NCBI GenBank assembly: GCA_022599575.1
Contig: JAHZMA010000112.1
Location: 1-24,000, forward strand
Source: Alphaproteobacteria bacterium
GTDB lineage: Bacteria > Pseudomonadota > Alphaproteobacteria > JABAAW01 > JAHZMA01
Direction: 5' to 3'
Length of the DNA: 24,000 bases
Translations under genes and position numbers: made by a program
Notes under the pieces: generated by a model
Told to the model about the DNA's origin: nothing
What the model saw: the letters and a program-made list of their open reading frames with translations, nothing else
The model's database searches: none
Shown here: one piece after another, positions 15,291-23,795 of the stretch
How the letters are laid out: each line of letters opens with the position of its first letter
Numbering within the stretch: the stretch's first letter is position 1

Positions 15291-18200
15291 TATTCTGCTG
15301 CCTCCATATTTTCCGCAAGACCTTCCATCCAATCAATGTCTTGGTCTTCAATCTTGCGGACAATCACAAATTCATCGCGGTTAGAGCCAACTGTGCCGTA
15401 ATAATTAAACCCATAGGATTGCTGTGCATACGCACCAATCATATGGGTTGGCTTCATGGTGGCTCTTGTAACGGAATTATGAATGCCACCGCGCGCACCA
15501 GTAATTTTACTGCCCGGTGTATTCACGATTTTTTCCTGCGCGTGATACATCATCAACATACCATTATTAACGCGTTGCGATACCACTGCCCGTGCGATAA
15601 TCACGCCATTGGTGTTAAACACTTCAACCCAATCATTATCTTTAATCCTTACACTTTTGGCATCTATCTCGCTCATCCAGACAACAGGTCCGCCACGCGA
15701 TAATGTCAGCATATGCAGATTATCGGAATAGGTGGAATGAATGCCCCATTTTTGGTGCGGTGTAATAAAGTTAAGCGTGATATGCGGTATATTATCATCA
15801 CCATGTTTTGCAATCATGCTCTGCACGGTTGCCGTATTAATCGGCGGCTTGTAAGATACTTGCCCCTCGCCAAAATCTAGCATCCATGGATGGTCTTGAT
15901 AAAGCTGTTGCCTACCCGTTAATGTGCGCCACGGAATATATTCATGAACATTGGTATAGCCTGCATTGTAGCAAACGCTTTCAGATTCAATACCGCTCCA
16001 AGTGGGGGAAGATATAATTTTGCGCGGTTGCGCCTGAATATCGCGAAAACGGATTTTTTCATCTTCTTTTGGTTTGGCAAGATGGGTATGGTCAATACCT
16101 GTTTTTTTGCCAAGCGCTTCCCATGCTTTAACGGCAACTTCACCATTGGTTTCTGGCGCTAGAGTCATAATGGTTTCGCACGCATCAATATCGGTTACTA
16201 TTTTCGCGCGCCCTTGCTTATCCTCACCATTAAGTGCTTTGAGGAATTCCACTTCATGTTCGGTATTCCAGCCAATGCCTTTACCGCCATTGCCAAGCGT
16301 GCCTAACAACGGCCCTAGCGAGGTAAAGCGTTCATACGTAGCGGGATAATTGCGTTCCACCACTTTCATGGCAGGCGCAGTTACACCGGGTATTAAATCG
16401 CATTCGCCTTTGCGCCATTCTTTCACATGGGGTTGCGACAACTCACCCGCTGTATCATGCATAATGGGGGTTAGCACAATTTCTTTTTCCACGCCCAAAT
16501 GCCCAGCCGATAATTCAGAGAATTTCTTGGCAAAGCCTTTGTAAATTTCCCAATCGGAACGGCTTTGCCATACAGGGTCAACCGCTTTGGATAGCGGGTG
16601 AATAAAGGGGTGCATATCGGATGTATTTAAATCATTTTTTTCGTACCAGCTTGCCGTTGGTAAAACAATATCGGAATACATGCAAGTGGTGGACATGCGA
16701 AAATCTAGCGTTACCACAAGGTCTAGTTTGCCTGTTGGTGCTTCATCATGCCACACGACTTCTTCAGAGCCTGTTCGCCCTTCCTCGCCCAAATCCTTGC
16801 CTTGCACGCCATGATGTGTGCCAAGAAAATGTTTGAGAAAATATTCATGCCCTTTGCCAGAAGAACCAAGCAGGTTTGAACGCCAAACAAATAAATTACG
16901 TGGCCAGTTTGCAGGATTATCTGGGTCTTCGCACGACATCCGCAAATCACCTTTAGTCAAGCGTGCAGTAACATGTTCCACAGGGTCTATGTTTTTGGCT
17001 TCGGCTTCTTTCACCAAAGCCATCGGGTTTTCTTCTAATTGTGGCGCAGATGGTAACCAGCCCATTCGTTCGGCGCGAATATTACAATCAATTAACGAAC
17101 CTTGCCACTTTGATTTATCCGCAGTCGGGCAAAGAATTTCATCTAGGTTTAATGTTTCATAACGCCATTGGTCAGTATGGGCATAAAAAGATGAGGTTGA
17201 ATTTTGTTGACGAGGTGGACGCGCCCAATCTAGCGCGAAAGCAAGTGGCAACCATCCCGTTTGTGGGCGAAGTTTTTCCTGCCCAACATAATGCGACCAA
17301 CCGCCACCTGATTGCCCAATACAGCCACAAAATACCAGCATGTTAATACATGCGCGGTAATTCATATCCATGTGATACCAGTGATTCATCGCAGCCCCAA
17401 TGATAATCATTGATTTGCCGTTGGTTTTATCGGCATTATCGGCAAAGGCGCGCGCAACTTGAATGATTTTATCACCAGAAACGCCTGTAATGCTTTCTTG
17501 CCATTTTGGTGTGTAAGCGATGTTCTGATTGTAATCGCTTGCCACATTATCGCCGCCCAACCCTTCGCGTGCAATGCCATAATTGGCGCAGGTTAAATCA
17601 AATACAGTGGCAACAGGCACTTTTTTACCATCAAGGGTTAAATATTTAACGGGTAATTTGCGGTTTAAAATATCACCGCCTTGTTCGTTGGATTCAAAAT
17701 AGCCATGTTCATGTTTTGCACCTGCAAAATATGGAAAGCCAACATCAAGAATATCATCTTGTGCGCCTAGCAATGTTTTTTGTGGCAAAAATTCTTGTTT
17801 GGTTTTAGAATCTTTGGGCATAATATTCCACTCACCATCTTCACCCCAGCGAAACCCAATAGAGCCAGTCGGAACAACCACATCGCCTGTTTTTTCATTA
17901 AAGCAAACTGTTTTCCATTCAGGGTTATTTTCATGCCCTAAATTTTTATCAAAATCAGATGTCCGCACCATCCGCCCTGCCACATAACGCCCATCGCGTT
18001 TTTCTAATTTAACCAGAAATGGGAAGTCGGAATATTTGCGGGTATAATCATCAAAATAAGGTGATGTATTTTCCAGATGAAATTCTTTCAGTATCACATG
18101 CCCCATCGCTATACCAACGGCGGCATCGGTACCTTGTTTCGGATTCAGCCATATATCACCAAATTTAGAGGCTTCGGAATAATCGGGCGTAATGGTAACC

Positions 18201-19036
18201 ACCTGCGTGCCTTTATAGCGCGCTTCGGTCATGAAATGTGCATCGGGGGTGCGCGTTTGTGGCACATTGGAACCCCACATAATGATAAAGCCTGAATTAT
18301 ACCAATCTGCTGATTCTGGGACATCGGTTTGCTCGCCCCAAATTTGTGGGCTGGCGGGTGGTAAATCACAATACCAATCATAAAAACTCATACTCACGCC
18401 ACCAATTAATGATAGATAACGCGAACCAGCCGCATAAGATACCATCGACATAGCAGGGATAGGGGAAAAGCCAAAGATACGGTCAGCACCATATTTTTTG
18501 ATTGTGTAAATGTTTGAAGCGGCAACAATTTCGTTTGCCTCGTCCCAATCGGCACGAACAAAACCGCCCTTACCGCGTGTTTTTTGATATTCTTCACGCA
18601 AAAGTGGGTCGGCTTGAATGGCTGCCCAAGCATTAACAGGGTCGCCATTATGTTTTTCTTTCATCGCCCGCCACATTTTTAACAGACGTTTGCGAATAAG
18701 CGGATATTTCAAACGGTTGGCAGAATAAATATACCAGCTATAGCTTGCGCCACGCGAACAGCCACGCGGTTCGTGATTGGGTAAATCAGGGCGGGTGCGC
18801 GGATAATCTGTTTGTTGCGTTTCCCAAGTGATAAGTCCGTTTTTCACGTAAATTTTCCACGAACAAGAACCTGTGCAATTCACGCCATGTGTTGAACGGA
18901 CAGTTTTATCATGCGCCCAACGCCCGCGATATGCTTCTTCCCACGCACGGTTTTCTTCTGTGGTTACGCCATGCCCGCCTGAAAATTTCTCACGGTTTTG
19001 GACAAAATATGATATACGGTCGATAAAATAACTCAT
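15290..19036 (-). CDS. narG: Respiratory nitrate reductase alpha subunit (Mo-bisMGD catalytic subunit)
   Basis: 1248 aa. The N-terminus is nearly identical in pattern to E. coli NarG (RSTHGVNCTGSCSWKIYVKNGLITWETQQTDYPRTRPDLPNHEPRGC), including the HxxxCxxxC FS0 cluster motif. Confidence 0.98.
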   Translation of the reverse strand: MSYFIDRISYFVQNREKFSGGHGVTTEENRAWEEAYRGRWAHDKTVRSTHGVNCTGSCSWKIYVKNGLITWETQQTDYPRTRPDLPNHEPRGCSRGASYSWYIYSANRLKYPLIRKRLLKMWRAMKEKHNGDPVNAWAAIQADPLLREEYQKTRGKGGFVRADWDEANEIVAASNIYTIKKYGADRIFGFSPIPAMSMVSYAAGSRYLSLIGGVSMSFYDWYCDLPPASPQIWGEQTDVPESADWYNSGFIIMWGSNVPQTRTPDAHFMTEARYKGTQVVTITPDYSEASKFGDIWLNPKQGTDAAVGIAMGHVILKEFHLENTSPYFDDYTRKYSDFPFLVKLEKRDGRYVAGRMVRTSDFDKNLGHENNPEWKTVCFNEKTGDVVVPTGSIGFRWGEDGEWNIMPKDSKTKQEFLPQKTLLGAQDDILDVGFPYFAGAKHEHGYFESNEQGGDILNRKLPVKYLTLDGKKVPVATVFDLTCANYGIAREGLGGDNVASDYNQNIAYTPKWQESITGVSGDKIIQVARAFADNADKTNGKSMIIIGAAMNHWYHMDMNYRACINMLVFCGCIGQSGGGWSHYVGQEKLRPQTGWLPLAFALDWARPPRQQNSTSSFYAHTDQWRYETLNLDEILCPTADKSKWQGSLIDCNIRAERMGWLPSAPQLEENPMALVKEAEAKNIDPVEHVTARLTKGDLRMSCEDPDNPANWPRNLFVWRSNLLGSSGKGHEYFLKHFLGTHHGVQGKDLGEEGRTGSEEVVWHDEAPTGKLDLVVTLDFRMSTTCMYSDIVLPTASWYEKNDLNTSDMHPFIHPLSKAVDPVWQSRSDWEIYKGFAKKFSELSAGHLGVEKEIVLTPIMHDTAGELSQPHVKEWRKGECDLIPGVTAPAMKVVERNYPATYERFTSLGPLLGTLGNGGKGIGWNTEHEVEFLKALNGEDKQGRAKIVTDIDACETIMTLAPETNGEVAVKAWEALGKKTGIDHTHLAKPKEDEKIRFRDIQAQPRKIISSPTWSGIESESVCYNAGYTNVHEYIPWRTLTGRQQLYQDHPWMLDFGEGQVSYKPPINTATVQSMIAKHGDDNIPHITLNFITPHQKWGIHSTYSDNLHMLTLSRGGPVVWMSEIDAKSVRIKDNDWVEVFNTNGVIIARAVVSQRVNNGMLMMYHAQEKIVNTPGSKITGARGGIHNSVTRATMKPTHMIGAYAQQSYGFNYYGTVGSNRDEFVIVRKIEDQDIDWMEGLAENMEAAE

Positions 19037-19048
19037 CTGTTTTAATCC

Positions 19049-21985
19049 TTAAGGGTTTTTGTGTTTTGCACCGGGGCGCAGATACACAAACCAGTTCAAA
19101 ATAACGCACAAGGCATAGAAACCTGCAAAGCCATATAATGCTACTTCTGGCGTTGTCAGTTTAATTTGTTCGCCCAATACGCTTGGAATAATAAATGCAC
19201 CATAAGCGGCTATTGCAGAAGTCCAGCCTAGCACAGGGCCAGTTTGCTCTTTATCAAATACCATTGCAATGGTGCGAAATGTTGAGCCATTGCCGATGCC
19301 CGTTGCGGCAAATAGCAATAAAAACAAAAGCAAGAAAGGCGCAAAATATATTTCAGGCGTTGCAGAGCCATAGGCAAGCTTCATGTAATAAGCCACACCC
19401 AGCGCACTGCCTAGCATAATGATAGAACAAAGCTGTGTAACCAGTGCGCCACCAATTTTATCGGCAACCCACCCACCCACAGGGCGAATAAGTGCACCGA
19501 TAAAGGGACCCATCCACGCATACATCAGCGCACTTGGTCCATTTGCATTGGTAAGATTATGCGCCATCACACCATCAGCACCTACAATATGTTGGTATCC
19601 AAAAATCACCTTAATCGCCAATGGGAACGATGCCGAAAAGCCGATAAACGAGCCAAACGTCATCGTGTAAATCACCGTCATCACCCATGTATGTGGATGC
19701 TTAAATATTTGATATTGACGCTTCAAGCTTGTGCCAATATCACCGGGCAACATTTTCAGCAACATCACAGTTGCGGCAACCACAATCGGCAAAACGATAT
19801 ATTTGCTAAGTTCTAGCCCAGAACCATTTGCGCTTTGTGGCAACATCAACCATAGACCAGCCGCACCAACAGCCAAACCAATCACCAACATCACTGCAAT
19901 TTGCAAAAACGCCATTGGTGGCGCACCCAAACCTGGGGATACATGTTTGGCTTTTATGTTATCCATTCCCAACCATGTCGCGATGGAAAGGGGAATAAGA
20001 ACAACCAACCACACATAACCTGCATTGTGAATATATGTATCCGTGCCAGCAGGAATTTTACCAATCAGTGTGCCACTTGTGCTTTCTAACATCATCGGCG
20101 CGCCACCAAAAGCAGCAAGCGTCATCACCAATGGGATAACAATCTGCATTGTGGTAACGCCGAAATTGCCTAAACCTGCATTCAAACCCAATGCCAAGCC
20201 CTGTTTTTTCTTTGGAAAGAAGAAGCTAATGTTAGACATGGAGGATGCAAAGTTGCCGCCACCAAGACCGCTGAGCAACGCTAAAGCCTGAAACACCCAA
20301 AGCGGCGTATTAATATCTTGTAAGGCTAAGCCAGCGCCTATAGCGGGCAACATTAGCAAGGCAGTTGTCATGAAAATGGTATTGCGCCCACCCGCTAGGC
20401 GGATAAAGAAAGTTGATGGAATTCGCAAAGTAGCACCCGATAAACCTGCAATCGCGGTTAACGTAAACAAATCGCTTTTGGCAAAATTAAAGCCCAGATT
20501 AAGCATCTGTACTGAGATAATTCCCCAATAAAGCCAAATCGCAAATCCGCATAATAGCGCAGGAATAGAAAGCCATAAATTGCGATACGCAGTCTTTTTA
20601 CCATAACTATTCCATTGCTGTTCATCTTCAGGATTCCAATCGACAAGCCCCTCATGCTTAAACTGAGTGGCTTCATCGTCTGCGACCTCTTGATGTTTGG
20701 CTTTAAGAAATTTCAATTCTGGTAAAAATCTAGGTTTCTCAAGCTTGCCTTCCATATATAAAATAGAAGCATGCATCCATAACAGAGCAAATGCCGTGAT
20801 GCCAAATAATAGCATGAAGCAACTTGTCCACACACCAATTACATCGTTCATCACACCAAAAGTGATAGGCAAAACAAACCCGCCTAAACCACCAATAAGC
20901 CCAACAAGACCACCAACCGCACCAACATGTTGCGGATAATAAACGGGAATATGTTTATATACAGCCGCTTTACCCAGCGACATGAAAAAGCCAAGCACAA
21001 TGGTAAGCGCAACAAAAATAGGCAAGCTAATGGTAATATCAAATGTGATGGGTCCTTCAATACCTTGCACAATATAGGTTGTGGCAGGGTAAGAAAGAAA
21101 AAAACAAGTAATGACAGAAACAGTCAACGTCCAATACATCACAGCCCGTGCGCCATAACGGTCAGACATCCAACCGCCCAACGCTCGAAACACCGAGCCC
21201 GGTAGTGCGTAACATGCCGTTAAAATACCAGCACTGGTAATGCTTAACCCATATACGCCAATATAATAGCGTGGCAACCATAATGCTAATGCTACAAAAG
21301 CCCCAAAAACAAAGAAATAATAAAGTGAAAAACGCCAAACTTGCACGTTCTTCAACGGTGCCATTTGCTCGGTAATAGAGCGTGATTTTTCTTTTTTCTT
21401 TTTACGTGCCGCAAGTTTAGGGTCGTCTTTGGTAAGCATATAAAACACCACCGCAACCCCAATCAGCATCACTGAATAAATTTGCGCTGTGCCTTGCCAA
21501 CCGAAAGCTACCAACAAGAATGGCGCACAAAAAGTTGTAAATGCCGCCCCAACATTGCCAACACCAAATATGCCTAATGCAGTGCCTTGCTTTTCTTTTT
21601 CATACCATTGCGAAACATATGCCACCCCAACGGCAAATCCGCCACCTGCCAAACCAACGCCCAATGCCGCAACCAAAAACATTTCATAAGTGGTAACGGA
21701 AGAAAGTAGCCAAGTAGCAATTGCCGAGACAAGCATGGTCAGCACCATAACAATGCGTCCACCATATTGGTCTGCCCAAATGCCTAACAGCAAGCGGCTT
21801 AGAGAGCCCGTTAAAATAGGGGTTGCAATCAATAAACCAAATTGTGTATCCGATAACCCTAAATCAGTTTTAATCTTAATCCCAATAATTGAGAAAATCG
21901 TCCAAACAGCGAAACATGCTGTAAATGCAAATGTACTTAAAGCTAATGCACGGTTTTGGTCTGTTATTGCTGGCATTACACTCAT
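19049..21985 (-). CDS. narK: Fused NarK1-NarK2 nitrate/nitrite MFS transporter (two complete 12-TM NarK-type modules in one polypeptide)
   Basis: This is one uninterrupted ORF of ~980 codons. The N-terminal half is NarK1/NasA-like. A hydrophilic linker (~aa 430-470) precedes a second half resembling E. coli NarK (WNPEDEQQW...RNLWLSIPALL...GGRNT). The track start is GTG 21991; I prefer ATG 21985, which lies 5 nt after GGGGTG. Confidence 0.92.
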   Translation of the reverse strand: MSVMPAITDQNRALALSTFAFTACFAVWTIFSIIGIKIKTDLGLSDTQFGLLIATPILTGSLSRLLLGIWADQYGGRIVMVLTMLVSAIATWLLSSVTTYEMFLVAALGVGLAGGGFAVGVAYVSQWYEKEKQGTALGIFGVGNVGAAFTTFCAPFLLVAFGWQGTAQIYSVMLIGVAVVFYMLTKDDPKLAARKKKKEKSRSITEQMAPLKNVQVWRFSLYYFFVFGAFVALALWLPRYYIGVYGLSITSAGILTACYALPGSVFRALGGWMSDRYGARAVMYWTLTVSVITCFFLSYPATTYIVQGIEGPITFDITISLPIFVALTIVLGFFMSLGKAAVYKHIPVYYPQHVGAVGGLVGLIGGLGGFVLPITFGVMNDVIGVWTSCFMLLFGITAFALLWMHASILYMEGKLEKPRFLPELKFLKAKHQEVADDEATQFKHEGLVDWNPEDEQQWNSYGKKTAYRNLWLSIPALLCGFAIWLYWGIISVQMLNLGFNFAKSDLFTLTAIAGLSGATLRIPSTFFIRLAGGRNTIFMTTALLMLPAIGAGLALQDINTPLWVFQALALLSGLGGGNFASSMSNISFFFPKKKQGLALGLNAGLGNFGVTTMQIVIPLVMTLAAFGGAPMMLESTSGTLIGKIPAGTDTYIHNAGYVWLVVLIPLSIATWLGMDNIKAKHVSPGLGAPPMAFLQIAVMLVIGLAVGAAGLWLMLPQSANGSGLELSKYIVLPIVVAATVMLLKMLPGDIGTSLKRQYQIFKHPHTWVMTVIYTMTFGSFIGFSASFPLAIKVIFGYQHIVGADGVMAHNLTNANGPSALMYAWMGPFIGALIRPVGGWVADKIGGALVTQLCSIIMLGSALGVAYYMKLAYGSATPEIYFAPFLLLFLLLFAATGIGNGSTFRTIAMVFDKEQTGPVLGWTSAIAAYGAFIIPSVLGEQIKLTTPEVALYGFAGFYALCVILNWFVYLRPGAKHKNP

Positions 21986-22056
21986 GCTCACACCCCATTA
22001 TAAATGTTAATAAATATTACAATTTAAATACTTATCATAGTTACAAAAACTTGTAA

Positions 22057-22070
22057 TTGATTAATGTCAA
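22057..22070 (-). promoter_or_regulatory. FNR/CRP-type box upstream of narK
   Basis: The minus strand reads TTGAC-ATTA-ATCAA, a 9/10 match to the FNR consensus TTGAT-N4-ATCAA. It is centred about 72-78 nt upstream of the narK start codon candidates. Confidence 0.6.
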
Positions 22071-22338
22071 AATGATAGTGTTCTTGATAAGCGTAACGTT
22101 TTTTATTACCCCTATTAGCCCAATCGGGCGCCTTTGCAAAGGGACTATTATAAGGGGGAGTGCGGTGTCGCACCACTGCCTGCTGTGCTCAATATTGGAA
22201 TCGCGTATGTCGAGATTTGTCAATATAAGGTTCGTATTTTGAATGCGGACTTTGTCCGCCATATGGATTCCGTGTCTTAATCAATGGCTTCGCCATTGGC
22301 ACGGAAAGACGGAGCGAGAGGGTGCGGAATAACGGGTC

Positions 22339-22600
22339 GTAATTTTATTGCAATATTAGCGGATAAAAATGAAGCGATGGGGGTTTGGGGGGTGAGGTTT
22401 GCCCGCCATTGGTATAAGGGCAAGCTGAGCATTCGCGATTAACAATATCGCAAAGCCCCCACTAGCGAATTGCAATTTTATTGCAATATTAGCGGATAAA
22501 AGAAGAGCGATGGGGGTTTGGGGGCGTCCCTGCCGATAAGGCAGGTCGCAAAGCCCCCACTAGCGAATTGCAATTTTATTGCAATTCTAGCGGATAAAAA
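22339..22600. repeat. Second repeat family: three direct copies of a ~30-bp module separated by two G5/C5-ended hairpin elements, directly abutting the tRNA-Phe 3' end
   Basis: The modules g(t/c)aattttattgcaat(a/t)(t/c)tagcggataaaa lie at 22339-22369, 22472-22501 and 22570-22600. The intervening elements (22370-22471 and 22502-22569) share ends (gcgatgggggtttggggg ... tcgcaaagcccccactagcgaatt) but have different cores. Confidence 0.9.
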
Positions 22601-22673
<73 letters not shown>

Positions 22674-22733
22674 GTGCATTTTCAGCTGTTATTTCAGCAT
22701 AGTGCCATTATCTATAAAGCCTGATAAAGCATT

Positions 22734-23492
22734 TTACAAGTTTTTTTTCATAAATTTTTGCCCTATCACATGTAAAGCAATGCCAGCACTCACCGAAACG
22801 TTTAAACTTTCAGGCGCGTGCGGGTTTTTTCTATCATTAATCGGGATACGGCATAGGAAATCGCATTTTTCTTTCACCAGCCGATGCAAGCCCTTTTCTT
22901 CGTTGCCCATCACCAATAATTGCCGTGTGGCAGGGGTGAAATCGGCAATATCATCACCTTGCATATCTAAGCCTGCCACCCAGAATTCTTGCTTTTTCAG
23001 CCGTTCTATCATCTGCGCGATATTGCCACAAGCCACCAGCTTTAGCGATTCTAGCGCGCCCGAAGATGCCCGCGCCAAATGCGCGCTTTCTTGCCAATCT
23101 TCTGCCAGCACCGCATCAACCCCCAACAAATAAGCGCTGCGTAAAATCGCGCCAATATTCTGCACATTATCTAGCCTATCTAATAGCAATAACAAGCAAG
23201 GTTGCTGGTCGGGCGTAATAACATCTTCAATGTGATAGGGGGGTAGGCTTTCAACCTCAAGCGCGATATTTTGATGAATGATTTTCTGTCCGCTCAGATT
23301 TTTATCTTGCTTATCACTCAATAAAGAGTGTAGCTGTTTGCTCTCTAGCTGCTTGATGCTCACCCCCTTTACCAATGGCACGATATCCGCTTCTAGCTTG
23401 CCACAATAGCATAGCTGAATCTTCTTGCGCCGTTCATTCGCCAATGCGGCACGCACCGCATGTTTACCGTAAAACCAGATTTTATAAGCCAT
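22734..23492 (-). CDS. SpoU/TrmH-family RNA 2'-O-methyltransferase (RlmB-like 23S rRNA Gm methyltransferase)
   Basis: 252 aa. SpoU motifs are present: NVQNIGAILRSAYLLGVDAV, LLVMGNEEKGL and IPI...ESLNVSVSAGIALH. An N-terminal substrate-binding-like domain is also present. Confidence 0.85.
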   Translation of the reverse strand: MAYKIWFYGKHAVRAALANERRKKIQLCYCGKLEADIVPLVKGVSIKQLESKQLHSLLSDKQDKNLSGQKIIHQNIALEVESLPPYHIEDVITPDQQPCLLLLLDRLDNVQNIGAILRSAYLLGVDAVLAEDWQESAHLARASSGALESLKLVACGNIAQMIERLKKQEFWVAGLDMQGDDIADFTPATRQLLVMGNEEKGLHRLVKEKCDFLCRIPINDRKNPHAPESLNVSVSAGIALHVIGQKFMKKNL

Positions 23493-23795
23493 TTTGTAAA
23501 ATTACCTCATTTAGTGCTAGACATATCATTTACCTTCTGCTACAATAAGACATGTTGTAAGAAATGCAACAAAATCCTTGATGCAGAAGCAATTTAAAAG
23601 GTAACCACAATCGCAATGCGCGTTGATATTCATCGAACAATCTTGATGCTAAATAAGCACAAGATTCATCTTGACATGAAATTGATATTGACGCAAGATA
23701 GTATTTGGTAATGTGCCGTAAAATCGCCTAAGCATCATATGCGTTAAAGAGTTCTCTCTTTAACCTGTGAACACGCAATATGAAAGGTTTTAACA

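Noticed and set aside
15291-15332. N-terminal extension of narH in the ORF track. The same issue affects narI (12926-12970) and the YhfX-like gene (7588-7626).
   Set aside because: The internal ATGs give N-termini colinear with known homologues. They also remove overlaps with the upstream genes and, for the YhfX-like gene, sit behind a strong AAGGAG SD.
15227-15703. 158-aa ORF on the plus strand
   Set aside because: It is antisense to the narG/narH junction, and it has no supporting motifs.
19195-22010. A series of 60-106-aa plus-strand ORFs (for example 19731-20018, 20927-21205 and 21690-22010)
   Set aside because: All are antisense to the continuous narK1-narK2 ORF. They arise from the codon bias of a hydrophobic membrane-protein gene.
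22107-22113. NarL-type heptamer TACCCCT (matches TACYYMT)
   Set aside because: It is a single degenerate 7-mer, which is expected by chance in a region of this size. There is no paired heptamer, and no narXL genes are in the window.
22041-22262. Overlapping ORFs of 73 aa (-) and 61 aa (+) in the narK upstream region
   Set aside because: They overlap each other and the FNR box, and they lack an SD or any family resemblance. The region is better explained as regulatory or structured non-coding DNA.
22100-22330. Possible Moco riboswitch or other cis-regulatory RNA for the nar operon
   Set aside because: The stretch lies upstream of the FNR box and the likely promoter, so it would not be part of the narK 5' UTR. 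I also could not match the conserved Moco-motif nucleotides by eye. It needs a covariance-model scan.
22702-23133. 143-aa ORF on the plus strand
   Set aside because: It is antisense to the SpoU/TrmH methyltransferase gene, which has clear family motifs.
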